From: Marsupella aquatica
Taxonomy: Eukaryota > Plantae > Marchantiophyta
Assembly: GCA_973895155.1 (NCBI GenBank)
Contig: OZ316894.1
Span: 22,876,709-22,940,708, forward strand
Length of the DNA stretch: 64,000 nt
Direction: 5' to 3'
This document shows, in pieces, positions 12,907-23,718 of the stretch. Each line of letters begins with the position of its first letter. Positions within the stretch are counted from its first letter, which is position 1. The notes under the pieces were generated by a model. The model saw nothing but the letters and a program-made list of their open reading frames with translations. It was not told the DNA's origin and did no database searches. Made by a program: the position numbers and the translations under genes.

Positions 12907-15900
12907 TCAAAATTGGCAGTGATCTTTCAGCAGCTGTCTAGCTAAATGGAACGCCCCACTTTTCTTGTATATGAGATGTAGGTTATACGCGGCCTCTCTC
13001 TGCAAATTACAGTGCCCGGTGTCGTTGCCAATTTGTACTTTCTTTACGGCAGTTGCTAGAAGAATGTCCGAAGTGTCATGAGACAGTTGTACAATAGGAT
13101 GGTCCTTCTCATAATGGTTCAGGACCTTCTCATAATAGTTGACGGCCAGCTGCAGAAGGCCCACATGGTGAAATGCTCGAGCCAGATTGTAGTTTGACTC
13201 CTGGTTGTAATTTATGAGACGCTGATACTTGTACAGAAAAGCAAACCCTTGCATTATACACTGGTTGCGATTATTGAGCCTGAATCCAAGTGAAAGGTTG
13301 ATGAATGCAGTACCAACACAGAGATTGATGAAGGGATCTTCAGGCTGCAACTTACATGCCTGTAAGTATTCTCGAATAGCGCCCTGTTGCTGGTTTATCA
13401 TATTGAACTGGTGTCCGCAGATAATCATTGGAGCCGGACAATCTGGGTACTTTTTCCGCATTTGTAGTAGGAACTTATTATGTTTGTGCACTTTTACCTC
13501 CGACCGTGATATGACTTGGTAGTAGCGATTCCAGGCGCTGGTGCTGTAAGGTCGTTGCAGCACAGAATGGCGTACACAGTTAAATCCATATTTAACATCC
13601 TTTGTTTCAAAGGAAATTTTTGCACCCAGAGCTCGGAGCTCATCACGCTGCGCTTTGGTGAGTCCATCTCTTGCTTGCAAAACATGTTGAATGATTTCCA
13701 AGGCTTCCCAAGGCCTCCTCAAAGCAGCCAAAGTCTTACAAGTTTGGAGGAGTAGCTGATAGTGTTCTTCATCCTTTAGTAAATCTGGCAATGGTGGCGG
13801 TTGTTTCAAATTCATCTCCTGGTCCACAGTCAACTCGACATTACTGGCTGCTGGATTCTCTTCTGACTCTTCCTTGGAGTCATAGTCTAGCCCAGCAGCT
13901 AATGCTGCAACCTTCTTCTCTTCCTTTTCGGCTGTGAGTCTGGCAAGAGTTCTTCGTGCCCTTGCCGCTTTAACCGTGTCTGCACTGGAAAGGACAGGAC
14001 GGAAGCCATGAAAGACCTCATTTGGAGCCCTCTCTTCAAGCCACTTCGATCTCTCTAGAAGGACGCTTTTGCTAAGCCTCTTTGAGCTCCTCGCCTTAGG
14101 ATTGTAGGGCTTTGTGTAGAGGGTCTCTTGAATGGCCGGCAGAATTGCATCCAAATACAATTGGTACTGTCCTCGTGAGTAATGCAACTCTGCCAACTTC
14201 TTGCGCACTATGCCATCTTGCCACCAGTGCTGTCTCTCGTCAGAACCCTGCAATTCTCCAGGATCGGCTGAACTTTCTGGAGGAGACAACAGGGCAACAG
14301 CAGCAGGATGATCTCCATTATTAGCAAGTAGAGAAGCAAGGGCAACACGAGCTTCGACATGTTCAGGAAGCTCTTCCAAAACTTTGTAGAAAAGGCCAAT
14401 TGCAGCTGTTGCAGCCTGTGAGGCAGCATGACACCGGGCCATCTTGAAGTTTAAAGATGCATTGTCGAAGGTTTTGTCACCATGGAGCATCCTGTAATAC
14501 CGGAGCGCATGTTCATATTCTGCTAATGCCAAGTACACATCCCCAACATCCATGACAAGATCACCACACCCGTCCATAAGCTCCTCTGGCAGCTCCTCAA
14601 AAAAGCTCTGTAAGAAGATTTTGAGATAATGAGGTAATTTTACAAGATAGAAATAACTTCTTGCACCTGTCAAAGTTTGAAAATGAAGCCACAAAGTAAA
14701 CATATCTTATTCCACTTGCCAAGAACTGAAATTGTATTCAAAGAACAGGGTCCATAAGCTCATATACCTCACCTCAGCATCTTCCAAATTTCCTAAGTAT
14801 GCATGGCAGATTCCAGCTTTGATTGCCAAATCCAGAGGCAGCCCTACATCTGAACAATAAATCGTCCGAGCATGATCAATGTGTGCAATGGCAGTGGCAA
14901 ATGCTCCCTTTTCCATATGCAGTTCAGCCAAAAGATTCACGGCTGTCAAATCAGCCTCTGTCGGATGCTCCTCAATCAGTTTCTCAAGCACTTGTGTGGC
15001 CCGGTCATGTTGGCCTGTCTTGTGATACATCTTCGCAACCATCTTGCAAACCTCCACATCGCTGGGCCGTTGCTGTAATATCTGCTCAAACGCTTCAGCC
15101 GCTTTCCCATGCTCATTTCGTTCAGCATACAGTGACGCACGATCCCATTTGGCATCCACATCCTCTGAATCAGCCTTGATCGCCTTTGTCAAGCAGTATA
15201 TGACCTGCCCAACGTTGCCCTGTTCCATTGACCACGAGGCCAGCCGTTTCCACAATGCTGTATCCTTGGGAGTGAGGTGGGCAGCAATCATGTAAAAGTT
15301 CAGAGCCTTTTTCCTGTCCCCCATTGCATCATACAGCAGCCCAAGAGTGTGGTACGAATCTGGCACATTGGGGGCAAGTCTCACCACTTCCTTGAGAACC
15401 TCTACTGCCTCCTCAAATTTGCCAATGGCGTACAGTACATTTGCTTCTCCGAGCTTCCTTCTAGTTTCTGGAGTTAAAGTGGATCCCTTCGGCCTGCCCA
15501 ATTTCTTCTTCTTCTTCCTCCGTCTTCCCCCACCACGCCCACGGCCACCACCACCTAGTCCCATCCCTGCCGAATCCCATATTTCATCAACGCCAGCGCC
15601 GAAGAGCTCGTTCTGTTGTTGAGCGCTTTTAGCTGCAGTAGTGCCCTTGCTGTTCGCCCTTTTTAGAGCCAATGCCTTCCTTTTCCGAGCGGCCAGCACC
15701 TCATATTCCAGCTTCTCGAATTGCTGGAATGGAGCAACTCCGCTCTCGTCTTCCTCGACGAAGGAGAGAGGGTCCATCCCAGTTTCGAATTGCAGCTGAT
15801 AGTCATTGTTTTCGTCGTCCTCTCCCTCTCCTTCTGCAGCAGCTCCCAACATTCTCTCTTGCTGATCGTCTCCGCCCTCATCCTTTCCATCACCCAATTC

Positions 15901-15987
15901 CTCCTCATTGTAATTTTCTTCTTCTTCTTCTTCTTCTTCTTCTTCTTCTTCCACAACAGGAGAAGGTCTCGACCGCTTCTTGCCCAT
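12907..15987 (-). CDS. GTF3C3: General transcription factor IIIC subunit 3 (TFIIIC102/Tfc4), TPR protein; exons 15987-14773 and 14607-12907
   Basis: Acidic N-terminus, TPR repeats (KLGEANVLYAIGKFEEAVEVLKEVVRLAPN; ALNFYMIAAHLTPKD), C-terminal QESNYNLARAFHHVGLLQLAVNYYEKVL and REAAYNLHLIYKKSG. One GT-AG intron (14608-14772) joins the two ORFs in frame. Confidence 0.93.
15917..15951 (-). repeat. (GAA)n microsatellite encoding poly-Glu in TFIIIC subunit 3
   Basis: Run of TTC triplets on the + strand, read as EEEEEEEEEEE. Confidence 0.9.
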
Positions 15988-16115
15988 CGTGTGAATTCGT
16001 AGCTGAGATGACAAGAGAGGGAATTGAGAAGACGGACGCCAACAGCTTGAGAAGCTCGATCACATCTCTTCGATCACCACGTTATTGAGCGATCTGTAAG
16101 AGATGAAGATTTACA

Positions 16116-16292
16116 GTATGTCTAGGATTCACTCACTGTAGAGCTACTGAAAATGAAACCCGACCATAAACCCTGAAGTTTATGAATTTTGGTTGGGTTC
16201 ATTTTTCAGTAGAATACCAAAACCAATAACTTCAGGGTTTATGGTTGGGTTCATTTTCAGTAGCTCTATAGTGAGTGAAGACTAGACAGACT
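16116..16292. repeat. Inverted repeat (~65 bp arms), MITE-like hairpin
   Basis: TTCACTCACTGTAGAGCTACTGAAAATGAAACCCGACCATAAACCCTGAAGTT is nearly complementary to AACTTCAGGGTTTATGGTTGGGTTCATTTTCAGTAGCTCTATAGTGAGTGAA. Confidence 0.8.
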
Positions 16293-16879
16293 TTTGTATC
16301 CAGTTTATGGTTTTAGTTTATGGTTGGGTTTAGTATTGCCACTATTGATTCTGGAAACATATCCTTTGCCACTCTTTGTGGTTCAATTACTAGAGTAATT
16401 TGCCATTTTTCCCAGAGAGCTGGTTAAGCAAAGTAACTATAGTAAACTTGAAACAGTTGGACTCTCACTATCAGATGGTTGTTCAGGTCCTCTACCCTAA
16501 CTGCAGCACCCTTTCTAACCATCGACACTGGGTTGGGTCTCTTACTTTGCTCCTGGCCCCTACTGGTTGGCTACCCCGTTCCCCTGCCCCCATGTGTGAA
16601 GGTGTTGAGGTTAATTTAATGACTGTGTACCCTGATGAAAATGGCAGGATGTTGACAGTTGGATCATTCCAAGCTAACCAGAGTTATTTTACCCAACTAT
16701 AGTGGAGGAAAAAGGTGGTGATGTAATGATTAAACTAAGAAGAGTGCCAAAGTATGTAATTCAACAGAAAAGAATAGCAATGTAGAAAATCTCACAAGCC
16801 CTGAATATCATCATCCCGTTGTTTCCCAAATTACACTTGTCAAAATTGGTACACATTCCCACAAACTCATCCAAATTTT

Positions 16880-17484
16880 CAAACTATTTTGTTTGTCACC
16901 TCGACCCCATGTTGAGTTTGGGGTTAACGAAACTGCTTTAGTTAACCCAAGGTCCCTCATATTTGGTCCACTGCCATGTAGCGAGGCACGATTGATCCCG
17001 CCAAACCCCGGTCAACATTGCCCTAAACCAGGCTGGCCCTTCCCTATTGTGAAGGTGGGCAGGAGAAAGGCTTGAGTTGCAAGCTACTTCCTTGCACATT
17101 GGACTACCCTGCCTGTTTGTCCCATACCTCAGGTTTCCTCAAGAAAAAACTACAGACTGTTACCACATTTGGGACTTGACAGATAGGCCAGGCTTGGCTT
17201 GGGTGGGCAACACTGGACCTTGGGAGAAGATCTGCAAGTGTGGGAGGGCATGGGCAAAGGTTCTAAGTAAGTATAAGTGTGGAATACTTTCTGCAAATGT
17301 CAGTGAGCTTTAAGCAGCTTCGACTATTGGTTGCTGCTTTGGTTTAGATGGGGTTTGGCAGGACCAATTGTGCCTTGTCACATGGCATCGGACCAATCAT
17401 GGGGACCTTGGTTAACTACAGAAGGTTAGCTAAGTAAACCCCAAATTCCAAATGGGGGTCAAGGTGGCAATTAAAATAGTTGGG
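16880..17484. mobile_element. Degenerate non-autonomous DNA transposon with long (~130-150 bp) inverted arms (Mutator/MITE-like)
   Basis: 16880-17010 aligns with the reverse complement of 17345-17484 (AACTATTTT..GYCACCTYGACCCC..TTTGGGGTT..TAGTTAACC.AAGGTCCC..TTGGTCC..TGCCATGT..AGGCAC.ATTG.TCC.GCCAAACCCC). No TSD found. Confidence 0.6.
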
Positions 17485-17997
17485 GTTTAGGGGTAGTACA
17501 CATTGATTTAGATTGGTTTGGTTAGTAAAAGCACCTAAACTGTAGTAACTCCTTGCATTTGGGGCAATAATAGTCCCTCAAAACTTAGGGTAATTAAAGC
17601 CCTCATTTTGGGAGGCACTTAGCCCACTTTGCCTTGTAAATTGGATGTTACTATTGGTGGCTTTAGAGCATCCGCACCGGTTTCGCGGCCCGGGGCTGCC
17701 AAAGGGAAAACTTCTGCCACCATTTGGAAGCCGGCATCCCGATATGGTTCGGGTGCATGATAGGCATTGCACCCGTGCCTTGTAAACCAGCACCTGCAAA
17801 TGGGTTAACCTGCGTTCGAACCTCAGCAACTCAGGTTCGAACACCGTCCACCACACGGGAGTGCAGTGTTGACCGAGAGAATGCAAAAACACGGGGAATC
17901 AAGAATAGACGTTTGTCATGCCGAAACTCCATAGCCTGCGCCCGCGAAGCTTTGTTGCAACAAAAGAACTCTGACCAATTTCATCCAATTTTTTGTG

Positions 17998-19323
17998 ATG
18001 GATCGCCTTGAAGCATGGAGGTTGAATTTGCGATTGCAGATTGAAGCTGAGCAGAATTCAATGGAAGAGGAGCAGGATTTCTGGGAGAAGGCTATACTGA
18101 CCGGTCCCTTGTCGCTCCAAGGGCTTGGTACAATCCAGCAGAAAGAGCGCAAACGAGGTGGTGGATCAGTGCCTAGCAAGAGACCCAACAAAGATCGGAA
18201 GAGAGAGAGGGGACATCAAGTAATTTGGGATGATTACTTTGCAGAGCCCTGTACGTATGACAATAGGGACTTTCGACATAGGTTTAGGATGACACGAAGA
18301 CTATTCCACAAAATTCACCAAGCGATTTGTGCACATGACAGCTTCTTCCAACAGAGGCGAGATGCTGACAATAAAATAGGGTTATCTGGTCTCCAGAAAA
18401 TCACTGCAGCTCTCCGGCAATTGGCATTTGGAATTGGTGCAGATGCAACAGACGAGTATTGTAGGCTTGGAGAATCTACAGCTAGGAAGTCATTGTATAG
18501 GTTTTGCTTGGCAATTCGACAATTGTATGAGGAGAAGTACCTGAGGAAGCCAGATAGGAGTGACTTCCTGCGCTTGTTGGCTGTGAACGAGAGTAGAGGA
18601 TTCCCCGGAATGTTTGCTTCGCTAGACTGCATGCACTACGAGTGGAAAAATTGCCCTGTGGCTTGGCAGGGGCAATTCACAGACAAAGATGGCAACAAAT
18701 CAATAGTTCTAGAGGCAATTGCAGATCAAGAGCTCTGGATTTGGCATGCATTCTTTGGCTTGCCTGGTGGGAACAATGACTTAAATGTATTGGACCGATC
18801 TCCTCTGGTGAATGACATGTTGCACCAGCACTATGAGCAACTCAACTACAACATTAATGGCACACTGTACAAGAGAGCCTACCTCTTGGTTGATGGCATT
18901 TATCCCAAGTGGTCTTGTTTTGTCACGACTTTTCACAAGCCCCAATCACAGAAGAAGTGTTTTTTTGCCAAGTGCCAAGAGGCCGCCAGAAAAGATGTGG
19001 AGAGAGCCTTTGGGGTTTTGCAAGCTAGATGGGGAATTGTGAAACAACCAGCAAGATCTTGGCATCTCGAGCGAGTGCATACAATTCTGATGGCCTGCAT
19101 TGTCCTTCACAACATGATCATTGAGGATGAGCGAGGGGAGGAACATGAAGATTTTAGAATTGAGGCTGGTCCTTTATTGGCAGTGCAGAGAGGAAGAATG
19201 CCATGGAGGGACTACCTAGCTGCCACAAGAGAGCTTGAGAATGCAAGCAGTTGGAATGCCCTACGAAACGACTTAATGGAACATCTATGGAAGCAGAAGG
19301 GTGACATTGGATTAGAGGAGTAG
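17998..19323 (+). CDS. PIF/Harbinger DDE transposase (HARBI1/ALP1-like), intronless, intact
   Basis: FRHRFRMTRRLF, LQKITAALRQLAFG, RGFPGMFASLDCMHYEWKNCPVAWQGQF (D), YLLVDGIYPKW (D), RKDVERAFGVLQARW (E), ACIVLHNMIIEDE. Confidence 0.96.
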   Translation: MDRLEAWRLNLRLQIEAEQNSMEEEQDFWEKAILTGPLSLQGLGTIQQKERKRGGGSVPSKRPNKDRKRERGHQVIWDDYFAEPCTYDNRDFRHRFRMTRRLFHKIHQAICAHDSFFQQRRDADNKIGLSGLQKITAALRQLAFGIGADATDEYCRLGESTARKSLYRFCLAIRQLYEEKYLRKPDRSDFLRLLAVNESRGFPGMFASLDCMHYEWKNCPVAWQGQFTDKDGNKSIVLEAIADQELWIWHAFFGLPGGNNDLNVLDRSPLVNDMLHQHYEQLNYNINGTLYKRAYLLVDGIYPKWSCFVTTFHKPQSQKKCFFAKCQEAARKDVERAFGVLQARWGIVKQPARSWHLERVHTILMACIVLHNMIIEDERGEEHEDFRIEAGPLLAVQRGRMPWRDYLAATRELENASSWNALRNDLMEHLWKQKGDIGLEE

Positions 19324-19697
19324 TGTAGAAATATTGTAGGACTGTACATTCAGAATATGTGAGCATGAGATGTGCAATACAGTGCCTGCATTTTATTTCA
19401 GTTTGTGTATACAAAATTGAGACGTCTGAACTATGTAGACTGAAAATGTTTCAGAGTCTAAATGCTACCCTGTGAGATGAAGGTGTTCAAACTCATAATG
19501 TGAATGACACTTCATTCACTCGTACTCCACAGCTTGCTACGCCAAACTCCATTTGCTCATCATACAAAGCAGACCTGTGCAGCACACAGAGTACGTGCAA
19601 CATAAGCCCACAACATACTCTGTCAATTTTTGATAGACAACAAACATAATTAAAACTGAGCCTGCATACAAACCTTTTGCTCAAGGTAGTGTCGAAC

Positions 19698-19928
19698 TTA
19701 TTTATCGTCTTCCTCATTGTCCCCTGAGTCCTCCATGCTGCGAAGAAGCTCTTGTTCAAACGAATTGGCTGCCCACTCGTTCAAGACAAAATGAACTCTA
19801 GGGGTTTGTTGTCTCTTCGGCTGTGGGGCCTTCTCTTTTGCAATTGGACTTCTCCTGACTACGGGCTTCACTATGGAGGGGCATGGCTTTGAATGAGCAG
19901 TGGAGCTTTCAGAGCTTGAGATTGACAT
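19698..19928 (-). CDS. Candidate third small ORF (76 aa) inside the Harbinger element
   Basis: AAAG-ATG start; MSISSSESS...basic middle...VHFVLNEWAANSFEQELLRSMEDSGDNEEDDK. Followed by a plausible 99-nt intron (19575-19673, AAG|GTTTGT...GCACAG|G). Confidence 0.35.
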   Translation of the reverse strand: MSISSSESSTAHSKPCPSIVKPVVRRSPIAKEKAPQPKRQQTPRVHFVLNEWAANSFEQELLRSMEDSGDNEEDDK

Positions 19929-20421
19929 CTTTCCTTGATGACCGAGTCGGTAGTTCTCCCAGCCCCGAAAAACAACGAGTCCACGGTTGCACAACAGAAA
20001 AGCTCAAGCTTAAAAAAGGTGACCACGAAAATGCAATGGCGAGCTCCCACAAGTTTGCACAACAAGAAGAGGAAAAGCTCCAGGCCCAACGACTTTCACT
20101 GTACATGATCAAGGGCCGCCATCAGATCACACAAATTGCAGGAGCATTCACATGAGCTCACAAGTCTGTACATACAGAGGTCTGTACCATGGGAGACAAG
20201 ACCATAAATAATTCCCTGACGTTGCAGTACCAAGAGGACCTTGTACAGAGCGTGACTGTGAGCTTCGTGAAATACAGGCTTCATAATTTTGGACTAGTCC
20301 CACACACAAAGTCAGATATGAATGAACATAACTAGGGCCACTTTATTAACATTTGGAATTTTCAAGAGTACATACGCATCTAAGATTGTGACAAAAAAAT
20401 ACTACATCCAATATTATGTCA

Positions 20422-21366
20422 CTATTGGGGGGATGGAGGGTCAATTTCATCTATAGGTGAAGAATCTTCATCGCTAGGCAATGGAGTTGGAAGGGAACTC
20501 CTGGACGCCCTTGGTGGCAATGGGGAGGGTATTCCAATGCTCCTGACAGAGATCCTGTCCCTTAACTTGGTCATTTGGTCTGTCCTCCACAATTTCAAAA
20601 AATCCAAGGTCTCGCTGTCAAGGTGCTCTGTTGGCATTGTGAGCATATTCATGAATGTTTGGCTCTCCAGAACCCTCAAACGTTGCACACCTGTTTCAGC
20701 CATCACCTTCTGAGCTTGGGCAGCCATCTTGAATGCATCTTCATGAGCTCTCATTTTCTTGGCATTGTCCTTTGCCAGCTTGCTTCCAAGGGGCCTCTTG
20801 CTCGAATTTCCTTGGGAGCTCTCCTGCTCATTCTGCTCCTTCTCTGGTTCGGATTGAACATAGTTTGGCCCCTCATCTGACAGATTTGTGTACTCCTTCT
20901 CCCCTTGTTCCTTGCTTGGTGTCGACATTGACTGCTTGCGTTTCCCATTTCCTTTCGACATTTGGTCTTTTGGCAACATCCACCTTGGGCAGTCCTTCAG
21001 GATGTCGTAGCACACTGAAAAGGAAAATTCCTTGCCCTTTGAATGTCGTGTCTTGTATAGTTCTTTCGCCTTGATCAATGTGTTGTCGCTGTTGGTGCCA
21101 GAAATGTCAAGATCTTCAACACATTTGTAGCATCCAATAAAACGAGTCGTGGCCTTCCGCACATCACCCCACTTGCTTTCGAGAGATTTTGAGGTCCTAC
21201 TTTCAAGACCTCTCGGTTTATTTCTATCGTAGTGCTCCCCGACACGCTCCCAAAAATTCTCTCTCTTCTGCCCTGAGCCAACACATGGATCCTGAGAAAT
21301 CTCCAAGTATGAATAGCATAGTTGCTTTAATTCTGGTGGGCTAAAATTCTTCCCTCGCTGTGCCAT
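20422..21366 (-). CDS. Harbinger ORF2 Myb/SANT-like DNA-binding protein with NAM-associated-like region
   Basis: RGKNFSPPELKQLCYSYLEISQDPCVGSGQKRENFWERV..RTSKSLESKW, SGTNSDN..AKELY, F.FSVCYDILKDCPRW and KRPLGSKLAK, all typical of the PIF/Harbinger partner protein. Confidence 0.92.
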   Translation of the reverse strand: MAQRGKNFSPPELKQLCYSYLEISQDPCVGSGQKRENFWERVGEHYDRNKPRGLESRTSKSLESKWGDVRKATTRFIGCYKCVEDLDISGTNSDNTLIKAKELYKTRHSKGKEFSFSVCYDILKDCPRWMLPKDQMSKGNGKRKQSMSTPSKEQGEKEYTNLSDEGPNYVQSEPEKEQNEQESSQGNSSKRPLGSKLAKDNAKKMRAHEDAFKMAAQAQKVMAETGVQRLRVLESQTFMNMLTMPTEHLDSETLDFLKLWRTDQMTKLRDRISVRSIGIPSPLPPRASRSSLPTPLPSDEDSSPIDEIDPPSPQ

Positions 21367-22570
21367 GTCGTCAGATTGCAGCACACACGATCACTGTGCA
21401 CTGTCCCCGTACTTCAGAAATCGGGAGCTGGGACCACAAGCTTCACATGCAGGCGCAAAACCGTGTGTACTCGACATTCTCTACAGTGCACTCGACAAGC
21501 TTGGCAGAGGTCTGGGCTCAACTCTGGCGCGAAGTTCATAAAAGTGAGGGAATTCCATGGAGTCGTGGGATGTGAACATGTGGCAAAAGGACCATCGTAG
21601 ATGCAATTTGCCAGCATTGGCAAAAGGAGAATACAGACCTGCAAAAACGCCAGGTATTCCGGTCGGCAAAAGTGTGCGCGCTGCGAAAGGCAAAAAAATT
21701 AGGGCTGCCTATCACCTGTGCAACGCGAAAAATGTCTCATGCCGGCATATGACGGGAAATGCCAGCCACAACCCGGATGGAGAGCACCGGTGCGGATGCT
21801 CTTACAAGGCGTGAAGGGCGCTTGCTGTTTTTACACCAATTGTGCCCCCATTGCTTCTTTCCATTCCCTCCACTTGTGGCCCCTATGTGTCCACATTTAA
21901 CACTTACTTGCGGCCCACTGCTTATATACCAATTGCAGCTATCTCCATTCATTATACTGTCCAGATTTAATCTTGCAATGAATAGAAAGAAGCAACGGCC
22001 TCCCATATCTTGTACAATTAGGCTTACCTGAAATAAGAGTATGACAAGACGTCAGAGATCCATTGCTTCTGACCTATTGCTTCTTTGATCCCCTTCAAGA
22101 TTAAATTGCTCATCAGTTCCTCACTAAAGTGCATGTAGTACTCATTAATGGGCCTGTGCAAAACATCAGTATTTATTTTTCACTTCAGGACATAACTCAA
22201 AGTCAGATTTATTATTCTCCTGTGCTCAATTAAAATGTATACACTGAAAAGTCAGTGTTTACACCTAGATGTGTATAATATTCTTAAAATTTACCATGAG
22301 AAACTTAATTCAAGGTTATGCAAGGCCTCCCAAATATTTGTTTCTTGGGCCCAAAACCTAACTATACAACAGCAATAGAAATCTACTCTTCAGAGCCTAT
22401 AGTCTAGAGGGAAGCCTCTAGTGACTCTGGGGGCATTATTGAATTGAGGAGGGCGCGTTGGGGGGAATTTTAAAATGGCCTAAAATGGCACAACAACCTT
22501 GAACTTACTTCCCTCTATTTATGTTTAAAGAACCCACAATCCAACTGTTTTAATATTTATTTGATTTATA

Positions 22571-22838
22571 CTAGCCCGATGACCTATTCCTTGAGCATAA
22601 ATAGATATGAAGAAATTTTTGCACAATAAAATTTATATGCTATTTTGGTTAGTTTTTTCCCCACCCTTGTTTTTTGTCCATCCTCATTTCAGTTTTATCT
22701 TTATTTAGAGTCAATGTCACTTTTGTATATACTCATTGACCTTATTGCAACTCATTATTATGGCCTAAGACTCCTAGAGTCTTCACTCTAGACCTAGGCC
22801 CTTAAGAGTAGGCTTAAGTTGACCCTTTTATAGTAAGA
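22571..22838 (-). mobile_element. Small non-autonomous Helitron-like element (268 bp)
   Basis: Minus strand begins TCTTACTATAAAA, contains CTAGAGTGAAGACTCTAG, and ends GGTCATCGGGCTAG followed by T. Confidence 0.6.
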
Positions 22839-23718
22839 ATTGAATGCAAGGACAGGGATGGCACTAAGGTATACATTGTTGTCATCTTAAAGTGCTCATT
22901 TTGATGCCTGATGTGGTGAGCAAAGTAATACTATCGTCGTTTGGGAGTGACTGTATCATTCTCATGCCTGTCCTGCTCTGCTCTGATGGTGCAGCTGAAT
23001 GTGCTACCTATTAATTTATTTCAAAGGTCGTCCTATGCCACCCATCATCGTTGTTACCTGCAACAGACTCCTCTCTCGTTGGTACGTCCGACGAATTCCT
23101 CACTTCCAGCTCAAGCTCAGTGCACACTTTCTCTCACCTCCATCTCCGTCTTTTTGCTCTTGCTGTTTCTCCAGCAATGAGCATGAATGATGCCGGAATA
23201 GAGAGAGCTTGAGTTTGAGCTTGAGCTTGAACTTCGAGTACTGGTATCGGCCATTTATTTGGTGGTGGCTCTGTCGTGTCTTTGTCTTCGTCTTCCTCTG
23301 TAGCTCGTTCACTCCGTCGTGCAGCCGTTTCCCACTACTGCAGTACCTTCACTCATCGTAGCTCGTTTTCGGTAGGCGCCGGTTGTTTCATCGTTTCACA
23401 GTAAGTTGGTTCACTTTTTCATCACCATCGTTTTTATTTTTATGAGTGCCGTTGTCGACTTGGCTCAATCCATTTCGGGCACACTCGCAATGTAAGGCAG
23501 CCCTTCGAAGGGCTCCAGTCTCGCATGGGTGGGGAGGGTGGGGAGGGGGGGCCGGCGAGCGAGTGGAGTGATGGTGAATGAGAAAAAAAACACTCATCAC
23601 TTAGGTTTTTGAAAAGAGGGGAGTTTTTTTCTCTGCCACCGTAATTTCAATCTCACAGCTTGCCTATCTGATCTTGGTCCAGAGTACAGGACGAGAGCGA
23701 GCTAGGCAGCTGGTCGAG

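Larger units (their letters stand above)
17666..21801 (+). mobile_element. Autonomous PIF/Harbinger DNA transposon (4136 bp)
   Basis: Perfect 16-bp TIRs GAGCATCCGCACCGGT (17666-17681) and ACCGGTGCGGATGCTC (21786-21801). TTA target-site duplication at 17663-17665 and 21802-21804. Convergent transposase and Myb-like genes. Confidence 0.96.

Noticed and set aside
6881-16088. Numerous antisense or alternate-frame ORFs overlapping EPSPS and TFIIIC3
   Set aside because: Shadows of the real coding exons and microsatellites.
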